Positions 24,288-37,822 of a stretch of DNA of 64,000 bases are shown one piece after another. The first letter of the stretch is position 1, and each line of letters begins with the position of its first letter. Both the position numbers and the translations under genes were made by a program. The notes beneath the pieces are model-generated. The model was given only the letters and a program-made list of their open reading frames with translations, was not told the DNA's origin and did no database searches. The DNA comes from Octopus sinensis (Eukaryota), in NCBI RefSeq assembly GCF_006345805.1, contig NC_043003.1:31806001-31870000 (forward strand), read 5' to 3'.

Positions 24288-24955
24288 GCGGTACGAGTTG
24301 TTAAAGTTATCGGTAAACGTTTTTGATTTTCACTCTCGATAAATTCATCCCCTTTTTGTGTTCCCAGCATCGGCATCTTATTTAGGAGCCCTTAATTGTA
24401 TAACTACATGAATAATATTTTTCTATATGAATAATATTTTTGTCTTTTGACTAATTCGTCTTTTGTGCTGGGCACCTGGTAGTAAATAATATTAATACCC
24501 TCTTGTTTATATTCGCATACTACATACATGAAATTTTCGTAAAATTCTTCCCGGCATGCCCGTGTAAATTTTGCGTCTGCGCAGAGATTTGAAAAGTTAA
24601 GATTGCTATAGTCGGGTTTAACACATAGTCCCACATCGCTGCAGACCTCGATTAAATTCAGGCGACTCGCTGATGAAGCTGGCCTTAGCAAACATATTCT
24701 GTGTTTTGCTAGAAAGAAGCAGAAACCGCGGTACGAGTTGTTAAAGTTATCGGTAAACGTTTTTGATTTTCACTCTCGATAAATTCATCCCCTTTTTGTG
24801 TTCCCAGCACTCGGCATCTTTATTTAGGAGCCCTTAATTGTATAACTACATGAATAATATTTTTCTATATGAATAATATTTTTGTCTTATGACTAATTCG
24901 TCTTTTGTGCTGGGCACCTGGTAGTAAATAATATTACTACCCTTCTTGTTTATAT
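24288..24955. repeat. Partial tandem duplication, period 440 bp (~1.5 units), between (TA)n tracts
   Basis: 24288-24512 is repeated at 24728-24955 with only a few 1-nt differences. The intervening 215 bp is single copy. Confidence 0.92.
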
Positions 24956-25077
24956 AGTATATATATATATAAATAAACATAGATATATACATATATATAT
25001 ATACTATTACATATATATACATATATATATATATTATATATATAACATATATATATATACATATGCAATATATACAT

Positions 25078-25122
<45 letters not shown>

Positions 25123-25180
25123 GTATAATATTATATATTATATATTATACATATACATACATACATACATATATATATAT

Positions 25181-25241
<61 letters not shown>

Positions 25242-25284
25242 ATGATGGAATCCGGCACGCGGTATAGTCTTGCTCAGGAGCCCA

Positions 25285-25575
25285 ACTTAACGGTTAGAGT
25301 ATTCGGCTCCTGATCCTAAAATTGGTGTGTGTGATACCGGCGGCGCGTAGTGTCTTTGAGTAAGACACCTAATCATATTCGCCTGCCGAATATGATTTAT
25401 ACTGTAACTGAAAGGCCTAACCGCGTAACATTCTTTGTCATTTCGAATCTCCCCAAGAAATACGTCAAGGCTATTCCTGTCTGCTGAGTACTCAATACAC
25501 TTACATGTTAATTTCACGAGCAGCTATTCCGTTAATCTGGTCAACTTGAACTTCCGTCGCCGTGACCACCGGAAT
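25285..25575 (+). mobile_element. tRNA-head SINE, diverged
   Basis: Head ggagcccaacttaacggttagagtattcggctc, central gtgtctttgagtaagacacct, tail gttaatttcacgagcagctattccgtt shared with 51090-51120. Confidence 0.7.
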
Positions 25576-28091
25576 AATATACAAACAAGACACAATTCTA
25601 TTTTAAGCGATTTTCAGTAAAATGTCCATTATCATTATGCAAAACATCATTCAGTAAAATGACCGCCATTCTCATGCAAATCATTAAACATCGACACCTC
25701 CGCAATCTGCACAGCGCAAAATATCATTATTATAGGGAAAAGTGTGTGACGGTCTAGGATTAGTGACATGGTTTTGATAGAATATAGACAGATGAAGGAC
25801 GATGTAATGGAGGGCGGTAGACAAGGCTCCTCTTTGCATATTCTAGTAGCTACACATATATACTCGCAAGCGAACGTAGTTGTGAAGACAGAAGGAAAAA
25901 AATATAACATCGGACAACGTAAGCTCGATGATGAGAACAGCCTTTACAATAATAACATTAAAAGAACATACAATACAATCGGGCACCCATTTTCATACAT
26001 ACACAGCTTAGCGATAATTTTCAAATGTGAGAGTAGAGAAATCTATTCGTACACAAATACCCAACCAACGATCATATCGATCTGCCAACAGACGTCCTAA
26101 GTTACTCTCATATACCTACGGGCACAATATATTCGGTTTCTGTAAGACTTTGGCGTGCGCATATATTTGTATTCGAGTACGCAATATCAAATTATCCAAA
26201 TTCTTTTTGTTGGTCAATAGAGCCTGCACGCTTGTAGGTATACCCTGTCCATGGCCATATCTTACACACCTTGTATTTCGCACTACGGGTAGCATTATAT
26301 ATGTCCAAAATCATTACTCAAGGTTTCCTATATCTTTGATCACACAATGTTTAGTGGAACAAAGAGTGGACAACAGGGTAAAAATAAAAACCTATTCGTA
26401 CATAGGGTGTGACTAATCAATATTCTTGTTGATAATCCTTTCAGAACAGCGTGGCTTTGACCATTGTGTTAATTTCGATGTCAGCTGCATTTTAGCACTT
26501 CTCATTCATGCTAAGGTTGTTTCCGATCCTGTAATTGAGGAATTTTCATATTTTATGGTGTGTCCATCATTTCAGTGATTCGTCTCCCGTGCTCCATAGT
26601 CTTATCACAAAATTATTGATGTATTCATGCAAGTAACATGGCACCCATTTATGCAGCGTATACCTAAGGCATAATCCTCATTTGTTTTCAAGTTACATCA
26701 ATGGTGTTCGGAGTTGGGGTCGTCAGAAATCGGCACAATGCCGAACATCGTTGGTGTAATCTGTCATGTCGTATTGGGTTTTTCTTATATCGTTAGTGTT
26801 TGCGATACGAGCCCGGAAAGGCGTATTACGTATAATATAGAGAAACATATTTCCGTTTTACACGATAATTCATAATTTAGGTACGTGTAAAGTGATAACA
26901 TTGCTATTTTTAGAATTAATGCCACTGAAATTATCAGAAGAATTGACACAGTTTTGTTATCATCAGAACTAATTCACATTACCGCATTATCAGCTGAATC
27001 CATACACTTGCGTTGACTGTAATTTCAGCCGAGATATTTTAATATACCATTAGGTGCATATATGAGAAGTAATTTTGTTTTCTAGTATAGCTCCCCTTCT
27101 ACCTTCTTCTCAAGCATTATTGAAAATAGCTATAATCAAAGCAGCGATAACTGTGAGCATCTCAACTTTTAAAAATGTACATTACGTATATCTAGGGCTA
27201 AATTATACTATATATAAAAGCTTCCTTTTATTAATATGTCAACAGAAGAAAGTATGCTGCGAAGAATATTACACTTATGTTTATTCTTTACTCTAGAATA
27301 AAGGTATGCGTATGTGTAACATCTAATACGGACATATTGCATGTTTCGTTTCTTAAGATGTGTCTTGTTTTAGTTGACCTTCCTTATAGGAATATTTATA
27401 CATAAGTTTTATTATTTATCTTCGAATAAGATATAGTAGCACAGGAGCGTGAAGTAAAGTTTCCGCCTCCTACCCTGTCAGTATGTGTGTGTATGTATGT
27501 GCGTGTGTCTGTGTGTACGTATATGCATATAGATGTAATGTGCATATTTATTTGCATTTATGGATTACATATTGAACAGAATGGAAATATGGGACTTCTT
27601 TCTAGAAGCAACTATTATGGATTACTGCAAAGGATTTTACCACGGATTTATATTATTTTTTCAAAATTTTTACCTATGCACATCTATAGCAGTAATGTTT
27701 TTAAACAACCACTTTGTCATATATTTTTAAATAGCATCTCTCTCATTCGATTGAGTACACGGAAATTCATCCTTTTCTCTGACGAGTGGGTGTATTACCT
27801 AATAATAATTATCAATTTGGGGTTTCATTTCGAAGGGTAATACGTCCATGAAAGGATCGTAAGATATCTCAAACATTTTAAATAATCATACTTTATATAT
27901 TTATTTATTAATACACTATTAATTATATTATGGACGTTTATCTTCTGTGATTTTTTAATGTAATTTTTCTTGCTCTTACGTTATAATATATAATCGCTTT
28001 TATTAAATCTCTAAATACCATTACGGTTTTATACATTTCCGTACCAAGAAAAGTACAGTATACTGTATTGTCATTTTATATATTGGATTAA

Positions 28092-28122
<31 letters not shown>

Positions 28123-28131
28123 ACACACACA

Positions 28132-28203
<72 letters not shown>

Positions 28204-28206
<3 letters not shown>

Positions 28207-28402
28207 CGTAGGAGTGGTTGTGTGGTAAGTACCTATAGGCGTATGAGTTGCAGTGTGGTAAGTAGCTTGCTTATGAACTACATGGTTCCGGGTTCTGTCC
28301 CACTGCGTAGAACCTTGGGCAAGCGTCTTCTATTAAAACTCCGGGCCGACCAAAGCCTTGTGAGTGGATTTAGTAGACGGAAACTGAAAGACGCCCGTCG
28401 TA
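28204..28402 (+). mobile_element. SINE (TAGGCGTAGGAGTGGCTGTGTGG family) with duplicated head
   Basis: aggcgtaggagtggttgtgtggtaagta is followed by aggcgtatgagttgcagtgtggtaagtag, then accttgggcaagcgtcttcta...ccaaagccttgtgagtggatt..gtagacggaaactgaaag. Confidence 0.8.
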
Positions 28403-28436
28403 TATATGTATATATATATATATATATAAGTAGATA

Positions 28437-28721
28437 ATGCTAAATTATTTTATCATGAAGAACATTTTAGTACCGGTTTCAGCCTTGTCTTCTTCTTCTT
28501 CTTCTTCTTCTTCTTCTTCTTCTTCTTCTTCTTCTTCTTCTTCTTCTTCTTCTTCTTCGCCGTCTCCTGCTGCTTAAAACAATCAACATCCAGAACCAAC
28601 ATCACTCATATTAAATATTTCATTTAATTTTTACACAATTTAATTGTTTTCCATGCTTGCAAAAATCGAAAAGACGGATACCGGTACTAAAATGTTCTTC
28701 ATGATGAAATTATTTTAGCAT
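28437..28721. repeat. ~285-bp element with 41-bp inverted ends enclosing a (CTT)n tract
   Basis: atgctaaattattttatcatgaagaacattttagtaccggt (28437-28477) pairs with accggtactaaaatgttcttcatgatgaaattattttagcat (28680-28721). (CTT)n occupies 28489-28558. Confidence 0.8.
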
Positions 28722-31700
28722 ATCCTACCTTGCCTTGTATTTTTTTTTACGAAAATATCGTAAATTACGTAACCGTTATCCATGTTTTAGATGTGAATAC
28801 TAGTATAATATAAAAGTAACCGTCCCTTAGGCAATTACATCATAAACACTGAAATGCTAGGTCTTCAGATGAAATTATTAATTCAATTTTCTATTATTTA
28901 CAAATACCAATTGGTTGAAGTTCTATGATAGGACTGTATACAAGCTTACGAGAAAATTCTTTAAAAAGTAGATAAGAAAAACACTATTATTTTTACTTTA
29001 TCAGTGAAATAGAGATATTTGCCCGAAGAAAAGGAAAGTCTAACATTCTAATTTGCTATAGATCATAAAAGATTCTAAGTTGACATTGATAAATAGTTTA
29101 GTGGGCAGTAGTAGTGAGAGCAGGTTGCAACTTGCTTAGCAAAAAGCAGTCGTAAATACTTACACCCTCATTCACGCTCACTTACACTTTCACTCACCCA
29201 TCTACATAAACAAAACGTCTTTTATTTATGCACACCTTCTAAGAAAAGTATACATACTTAAGTCTAAGTATAAACATTTAACCGTCTACCAAAGGTAAGG
29301 TAAGTTCAAATACGCGCCTGCATGCATATACACAGTTCATATCTACCTCAGTATATCTGGGAAGTGACAGAGAGGCGCCCTACTCGAAAGAAACTGCGAA
29401 TTGGGTCTGTTATTAATTCTGGTTTGATTATTAATTCATGTACTTGGACATGAGTTATATCCTTGCGGACAGAGTAATTTTATACGATCGTTAATTGTAA
29501 AGTTTCTATAACCTATAGTTATAAATAATTTGCTATAGTCTTCTTTTTCTCGGAAACTATGAGTCAATTGAAAGAATGCAAACGAGTATTACTTACAATT
29601 TCAAGGGTAGAACGGCTTTAATAAGAATTACCGATGTTAAATGTTTCTTGGTTTTAAGGGATTAAGTATATCTGTTTTAGATTAAGTAGTTTATTGATAT
29701 CTAATAAAATATTTGTTTAGCATAATTAATATTCTTCCCTTTTTGTTTTCATTATAGGAAGGCACTGATGTTTTGATGTCCCTGTATTTTGTTGTGTTTT
29801 GTAGACAAAGTATCAAGATTAAATAAGCAATTACCTAGTCTAGGTGAATTATTTTGTATTTTTCCCCTGAAAACTGTGTGTAATCATAACTCCATTTAAA
29901 GGAAATATAACTACGTTCTATGTAATAAAGGGCGATGTAATGAGATTTCATCTTCAGATAATATTGTGTGCTAAACAGCAAGCATTAAAGGGACAAGTGG
30001 GAGTCGTTCTAAAGTTACAATATAAGCCTAAATTTTTAAAGCTGATTCACTTTTAAAAGGCTCTGAAATTATCTGGTTATTATTGATATTACTTACGTTA
30101 TCTTCTTTTCCCTTACATTTTTCCTTTTTATATTTGATTTCTGATATTGCTATACACAAAGTTAAATTGTAAAATGTTTGATTTCAACTGTAGTAGATAA
30201 TTTTCACTATATTTAGCATGAGAATAATAAATATTAATTTTTTCCGTTATGTTATTATCTTGGTATATACAACAAGCATATTCTATATTGTGATCCTTTC
30301 TTACACTCTCATCAGTGCTATAGCTATTGCAAAGGGTTGTGGACGTATGCTTTGGTTTTAGCCTTATTATTTTGAGTATTTTTAATGTTATCTGGCTTTA
30401 TGCCGAAATTTGAAACCAATATTTTGAATGTCTTACATTTTATCTCTATCCAAATTAGTTAGATAAGTCAGATGAGAGTTTAGTTTATTGTGTGTTTGTG
30501 TGTGTGTGTGTGTTACTCTGCATCAATTTTTCATTTTACATAGAATGGTTCGTCAAAACATTCTATAATATTCCAATATTTGGTTTTATAAAGTAAGAAA
30601 TTCTAAGCCTGATACATGTGGTTAGGATCAAACTTTCTATTTAATATGTAAAGTAAATTTTATATATACTTCTAATAATGATCTTTTTGCATATGATGAA
30701 TTAAATCTTGTCCTTTTTCTCGTGATAATCTGTTTTTCGTACGTGGTACTTCATTGGTGACACATTCTAATTACCCTTAGTAGTCTATTTGAAGAGGTTC
30801 TGTAAGAGTTATCAGTTTTAGCTATGTCAGTATGGATTAATTTACCTCTTATTCAAGTTTGAAATAAGACATTTTAATACGAATATTAAGTGTGTTATGG
30901 GCCTGTGATTTAAACATTATTAGATATTTGCTTTCACTTTGTTTTCTTACTTTTTAACTCTGTGATTACTTGCACATTTACTCTCGAGATATTTATATCC
31001 ACTGATTTCGTTCGTTATTTTGTTCATTTCTCCGACCGTCAGTAGAATTATAAGTTTTCATTTTTTGGTAATATCCGGATTCTTGAGTGTTGTCTTTATT
31101 CCTGAATCTATTCCTAGTTACATTTCATCGTGGTAATTATATTAACTTCTATTATATTTGAATTACCCCTTATTCGTTTTCTTCGTAACAATTTTACCTT
31201 TTGAAAGCTGAATTAAGGAAATGTGTGGCTTACTGGTATTTTTCGTATGTTTATGTACAGAATTTACGCTAAATTTAGAATTACTTGTGTCAATGGACCT
31301 TATTTTCAAAATCAGTTTTCAATAAAGCATAATTTGAATATGAAGTTATTACTAAATACTTCTATGTCAGAGAACAGAATGGATATTCTGAGAGGAATAT
31401 TTTTTACAAGGTTGTTTACATTTTTTAGCATGTAACGTGTTGGACGCTTTTCAAGTCTAAGTTGAGAACGAAAACGAGCACATTTTTAAAATTCTTGCTG
31501 AAAGCACTAGAGTTGAATTCTTAAACAAGATTAATAGTTGTTTTCTTTTTTTACAGAATCTCTTTGGGGCAGTTTGATCAATATAATTTAATCACAAAAA
31601 TGGGTCATCCGTATATTTTCCTCCAAAAGTTCCGAAAAACTGATTTCGCCTTACGTAGCAGGAAGAGTCCAACAATATCTATTAATTGTGAACAGTCCGA

Positions 31701-32789
31701 AATAGACTTCAGATATATTGTGTGTTCATAAGACTCCGTTACATTGGATATTCTTCTAGAAATTATAATGTTTTCTTCTTTACTAGTATTTCCCATTTCA
31801 GAATCGAATATCAGTCCTTTGTTCAGAAGATTTGTTATATCGAAACGTAATAGTTATCAATATCAAATATTTCTACAGAAGAAGTACGTTGTCCTTTTGT
31901 TTTCAGTTTTCAAAGCTTCTAAACCATCCTTGTACATCATCACTGTATTCCCATAAACAAAGTTTAATATTTTCATTTATTTTAGAGATAATCTTTGCTA
32001 ATTTATTCGATGGTCTATTATGATGGACATATAAACTTGAAGAAAGTATCGTTTTAAGGTTCTCTTTGTAGTCTGTCTAATTTCATTTATGTAGGTACAA
32101 AAGGTTCATTTATACAAGCTAATCCTATTTAATTAGGATAGAGCATCCTTAGTCGTTAATACTATCTAAGATGTATTACTTTTTTCTGTAGTTCTGAAAT
32201 TTCTGGTGGATGAAGTTATTATAATTATAAGCCATGCAGTATACATTTCCAGTTTTATCGAGATGTAGAAGTAGATTTTCGTATTTTCGTTGTTTCAATA
32301 TCTTTGGTAATCCTCTCCAGGTGTTGCTGAAATTTACAATTAAATTTTCTTTAATTGAACGATTTTAAATCAGATTCATGTGACCTTCCTCACACTGCAT
32401 GAGTTAATGGCAGGGTGGTGGATTTCAGAACGAGTAATTCTAAAACATTCTTCTTTCGAAATTTAGTGTTTCTTAGGTAATCACAACTTGTCATCAAGAA
32501 AGGAAACCCTCTGCTTCATTCGTCAAATAAAATAATTAATTTTGTTGTAATATTTCCGGCATCATTATCGACTAGGTATTGGTATGATGTCTAAAAACGT
32601 TCCCAAATCACTTGAGATTAACTGTATGTTACAATTACATCTTCCGTGAGAAAGAAATGCTGTTTCACATGAGATAGCGTAATCGGTAATCATCTCGTAG
32701 GTCAGACGATCACTTTAGTAGGAATTACAACATACGTTTAATATGCTCAGATATACTGTAAAAGTGACTTAAAGCGATTCTCTACAATC

Positions 32790-32960
32790 ATGTCCAAAGA
32801 AAACAGCACCGAATGAAAAGGGGAGTTTCCATTCTCAAGCTATGATTACAACAGAGACAATCTATTCTATATATTTGGTGGGATGTGAAAGATAGTATTT
32901 ATCATGAAGTATTGAGCCACGTCATCGATGGCAATAATTGCACAATTATTTGTAGAAAAA
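32790..32960 (+). mobile_element. Small mariner transposase remnant
   Basis: Reads ILYIWWDVKDSIYHEVL, matching the mariner L(C)IWWD.KG.IY.ELL segment. Confidence 0.55.
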
Positions 32961-33004
32961 TCACCCTGTCCTATAGAATATATTGCTCCTACGCGATAAG
33001 GCAA

Positions 33005-33180
33005 TATCGAAACCCAGTATAACCATCACGACTATCAGTTTGCTAAGGGTACACCAGGCACATGCATCACATATGCATCTCATATCAAGATAAACATTGC
33101 ATGACCTTCCAGATGGAGCCCAGTTAGTATTTTCTTCAGGTTCAGTAGCCAATGCCACTCAAAAAGTCCCTGATGTGTGA
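33005..33180 (-). mobile_element. Diverged copy of the repeat at 34386-34776, opposite orientation
   Basis: taagggtacaccaggcacatgcatcac...ctcatatcaagataaaca..gcatgacctt..ag.tgg.gcc..gttag.attttcttcag is the reverse complement of 34585-34735. Confidence 0.8.
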
Positions 33181-33514
33181 TATTGATGCGTGAGCCAGGA
33201 AAAGATTATGACTCATTATGGGAGACCGGACTCGTCCTACTCTTCAACTTGCTATTACACCATCTGATTATCCTCTTTGCTGTTCAGCGCAACAGTATTT
33301 AAAGAAAAAGCAGTTTATTAATCGTGAAAATGTTACATATGATACTGAGTTTTCCTTTGATCAGAATCTGAAGAATTGTAAGCCTGAAGCTTAAATATTT
33401 TGCTATGTCGATGTAATTATGTTATCAAAAACGGGGGGGAAATGTTATCTTGATAAATATACTAATTAACACTAAAGATTCATTTCTATCTTTCGCAAGC
33501 TTTTCTTTCTAAAC

Positions 33515-33586
<72 letters not shown>

Positions 33587-33648
33587 TAATAATGATAATA
33601 ATAATAATAATAATAATAATATAATAATAATAATAATAATAATAATAA

Positions 33649-34349
33649 CGCCAAAAATATCAGAAATAGAAATAGAACATTTAAAAGAAAAAATACATCA
33701 GGAAAATGTAGATAGAAGCCACACCACAATGCCCAATAATATAAACACTGAAACAGTAAAACACGAAGACAAACGTAACATTTCCAACAAAAACGATGTA
33801 AACAAAAAACAACAAACCCAGACCGTAAGGATGCATAATAATACACGACAAACAGCAAGCCAAAACACGACAAACAAACATACAAATGAGAAAGAAAGTG
33901 ACACAAATCTAAAACCTGGAAAAAACGAAGGGGAGCCTAATGATTATGATACTATAAAAAATAAAATAATCAAAGAACTGAAATCCACAGAACTTAAAAT
34001 GGACCACCTACCATACCCCCCAAAAATCAATATAGACAAAACAACAACACCAATTATAAACAGCATAAACCTAGCCGTCACGGAACTAATAGCCACTGAA
34101 ACAAAAAGCGATATCACTGAGCTAAATGATTTAGTATACACAGCAGCCACTGCAGCCACAAAAGAAGCTGGATACTCACTCAAACCCATCCAAACAGGAG
34201 TACCACCACCCAAACAAACCGTGTGGATAAATAACATCCAAAACAAAATACAAAAAATGAGAAAAGATCTGTCGATTCTTAATGAAATCAGTAGACAATT
34301 AACGCTACTGAGCAAACAAACTTTGATGGCATGAACTGCTCTATCAGTC
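33649..34349 (+). mobile_element. R4/Dong-type ORF N-terminal fragment between (AAT)n tracts
   Basis: Open frame 33651-34334 (includes ORF 33729-34334) with ITELNDLVYTAATAA..VWINNIQNKIQKMRKDLSIL, typical of the pre-RT region of R4/Dong proteins. (AAT)n lies at 33515-33648 and 34350-34385. Confidence 0.7.
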
Positions 34350-34385
34350 AATAATAATAATAATAATAATAATATAATAATAATA

Positions 34386-34776
34386 AATGCCCTGATGCAG
34401 TACAGGGCAGTGGCTCTCATTGCTTCTGATCTTAATTGATTGGAAGTTTTATCATGTACATAGCCATGTGTTGAGAGGAATTCTTTGGGGTTTGGATAAT
34501 TCACTATTGAAAATATGGATGTTTTGTTTAACATCCTTGCATAACCCTTATTCAGGGACCTTTTGAGCGGGATGGGCTACTGAGTCTGAAGAAAATTCTA
34601 ACCAGGCCCCACCTGCAATGTCATGTGCTGTTTATCTTGATATGAGATCACTATGTCACGCACGTATGGTTGTGATGCATGTGCTTGGTGTACTCTTATC
34701 AGACGGGTGGTCATAATGGGTATACTGGGTTTTATATATTTTACCTCAGTGTCACTTCGATGGCATGCACTCACTC
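34386..34776 (+). mobile_element. Non-coding (AAT)n-tailed repeat, probable 3' region of the Dong-type family
   Basis: Flanked by (AAT)n on both sides. It ends cacttcgatggcatgcactcactc(aat)n, nearly the same as the end of the preceding ORF fragment (aaactttgatggcatgaactgctctatcagtc(aat)n, 34318-34349). Confidence 0.65.
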
Positions 34777-34819
<43 letters not shown>

Positions 34820-35295
34820 TTAATAATAATAATAATAATAATAGTAACAATAGTAATGATATGTAGATATATATAAATATAAACAGATATATATATATGT
34901 AAATGTGTTTGAGAGTGTATATGCGAGCGCGCGAACATGAATTGAAATCTGCATAGATGTCTTCCTTGGTGTATTCTACTCAACACTTCATTCCCACCCG
35001 AACCATACGTACATACATACATACAAAAAGACACATGCACACAACTATACACATATACACGTACTCTTAGTATCCTTTCTCTCTGAATAGATGCCAGTAA
35101 AAAAAAACTGTCAGGTTTGTGACGTCAACTGCCACATTAATTTAATGACAAGACAAGTCGGTAGACGTTTGCTTGAAAGAAACTAGAGAAACTGCGTTGA
35201 TATACCAACACAGTGCTGCAGGCTGCATACTCTATTCAAATATTTCAGAGATAGATACGAACTGTTCATGCAAACTAGCAGACAGACAGACACAA

Positions 35296-35379
<84 letters not shown>

Positions 35380-35384
35380 TATAC

Positions 35385-35415
<31 letters not shown>

Positions 35416-35651
35416 CATATATATATGCATATATATATATATATATATATACATATATATATACACATATATATGTATATATATATACACATATATATAT
35501 ACATATATACATATATATATACATATATATACATATATATATACATATATATATATATTATATATATATATATACATACATATATATATATATATATACA
35601 ATATATATATATATATATACATATATACACATATATATATATATATATATC

Positions 35652-35708
<57 letters not shown>
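35296..35708. repeat. Long interrupted (TA)n/(TACA) microsatellite
   Basis: Directly visible. It produces the stack of YI/IY ORFs at 35173-35771. Confidence 0.97.
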
Positions 35709-35710
<2 letters not shown>

Positions 35711-36578
35711 CGTGTGTCTCTGTGTGTGTATAAATTCTCATATAAAAACAAAATGGTGTAAATACATTTGAACACCTACTTAAATATTCACATTAAACAT
35801 CGCGATATGACATATATACAAAATACACAGAGAATCTATCCACACATGTATATGTGTACATGCATATATATATAATGTGTGTGTGTGTGTATATATATTA
35901 TATATGTATATATTTATATATATGTTTTATTGCACATAATTATAAATATCTATCAAAAGTACGCGTTTGTGCTTCTTTAACCGAGTGTGTGTCTTTGTGT
36001 GTGTGCAGGCGCTACGTCAATGTGTATCCAGACTACAAATTGATGAATATGTCATTACAACATTTCCTGAACTTGATACAATAATGGAATATATTCGAGT
36101 AATTCGAGGTGAGAAGGAATAAGTGGATAAAGGAATTGACGAATGAATGAATAAATGAATAGAATATTCCTATATTTTCTATTAACACACAAAATTACAA
36201 ATAAAACAGTTTGTAGAGTCGTTTAAGTAAACACAATCAAAAGTTTCTGTAATGGATGAACCCTTCAGGTTATACATACTCTAAAGATTGACTGAAACAA
36301 AACGAGGAAGTATCAAATAAAAATCTTCGACTTAGTTTGTATTTGTTTGTATCTTTATTTCTTTGTTTCTATAACTTACCATCGTCAGTGCTCCTCCGGC
36401 GGGCATAATAAATGTGCAATGTTTATATATAACAAGATTTACCATTGTACTAAAGCTTGTATCACATAAACACGTATATATTAAAAATGTATGCATACCT
36501 TTGCTACTCTTGGCTGAATGCATGATTGCATTAATGTAGTATATATGTACAGGTGTATGTATGCATATATATATATAC

Positions 36579-36644
<66 letters not shown>

Positions 36645-36759
36645 GTTGTGTGTGTGCATGCGTTTGCAGATATACTTCCATATATCTGTGAATATAAAAT
36701 TACATATTGCATACACACAAACATACACACACACGCACACGGGCACACACAAGCGGGCG

Positions 36760-36806
<47 letters not shown>

Positions 36807-37000
36807 CATGATAATTCGGATGCCCAATTTTATTATTGTATTCTCGAGAAAAGCAAAACTTGTTTTATTCTTCCAACCAACCATTTCAATTACTAAAGAC
36901 TGGAACGAAACTAATAGAATTTATTTTGCTCTGAATATAACCCAAAAGTGTAAAAACTTTTGTGTTCTATGACGTGATATTCATAGAAACTAATGATATT

Positions 37001-37238
37001 GAAGGCGGCGGGGTGGCAGAAACCTTAGCGTGCCGGGCGAAATATTTTATCGGTATTTCGTCTGCCGTTACGTTCTGAGTTCAAATTTCGTCGAGGTCGA
37101 CTTTGCCTTTCATCCTTTCGGGGTCGATAAATTAAGCACCAGTTACACACTGGGGTCGATGTAATAGACTTAATTCCTTTATCTGTCCTTGTTTGTACCC
37201 TATATGTTTAGCCCTTGTGGGCTATAAAGAAATAAGGA
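37001..37238 (+). mobile_element. tRNA-head SINE (GGCGGCGAGCTGGCAGAA family), best preserved copy
   Basis: ggcggcggggtggcagaaaccttagcgtgccgggcgaaat...gagttcaaatttcgtcgaggtcgactttgcctttcatcctttcggggtcgataaattaag...taaagaaata. Confidence 0.9.
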
Positions 37239-37244
37239 ACTATT

Positions 37245-37398
37245 GATATTCGTTTCAAATTGTGACGCAAGGCCATCATTTTCGGGGAAGGAGTAACGAT
37301 GAACGGCAAAGTCGATCTAAGCGGAATTTGAACTTAGGAGGTAAAGTCAGACGAAATGCTGCCAAACATTTTGCTCGCCGTATAAAACATTCTGCCAT
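37245..37398 (-). mobile_element. Decayed SINE of the same family, tail-to-tail with the previous copy
   Basis: ggcaaagtcgatctaagcggaatttgaactta..gtaaagtcagacgaaatgctgccaaacatttt is the reverse complement of the family head and body. Confidence 0.7.
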
Positions 37399-37533
37399 CG
37401 TTGTAGGTCGTTGCCCTGAAATATGTTAAAACATTGTTAATATATATTCTCAATTCTTGAAGAGCAACACTTTACTATTCTTTGCTCATTAAAGAACGTC
37501 TTTTGACAAGTGCATTGTATGTAGAACGGCAAA

Positions 37534-37582
<49 letters not shown>

Positions 37583-37604
37583 ATATTAATAATAATAATA
37601 ATCA

Positions 37605-37822
37605 TTTCTACTTAATGCTCAAGGGCTGAAATTTTGGGAGCGGGGGGGGGAGAGTCAGTTATATCGATCCCAGTGTTTCATTGGTACTTAATTTATCGAC
37701 TCTGAAAGGTTGGAAAGCAAAGTCGCCGCCGAAAAGATGAAAGGCAAAGTCGTCCTCGACGGACGAAATGATGCTAACTATTTTGTTTTGGCGTGCTCCG
37801 ATTGAGCCAGCTCGCCACCTTA
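37605..37822 (-). mobile_element. SINE of the same family with an internal duplicated segment
   Basis: gaaaggttggaaagcaaagtcgccgccgaaaagatgaaaggcaaagtcgtcctcgac repeats the aaagtcg block. It ends gagccagctcgccacctt. Confidence 0.75.

Noticed and set aside
24404-24691. 95-aa ORF as a host gene
   Set aside because: No recognisable domain, and it lies within a repeat unit.
24288-24955. CRISPR-like array
   Set aside because: Only two long (225-bp) repeats in eukaryotic DNA; no short repeat-spacer periodicity and no cas genes.
28770-28870. Hammerhead on the minus strand (CTGAAGA at ~28863-28869)
   Set aside because: No GAAA after the putative stem II.
29291-29309. Tandem splice donors AAGGTAAGGTAAGT as evidence of a host exon
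   Set aside because: No acceptor or coding frame could be linked to it; transcript data are needed.
30300-32340. Very old PLE RT on the minus strand
   Set aside because: Only vague motif echoes that require frameshifts; not supportable.
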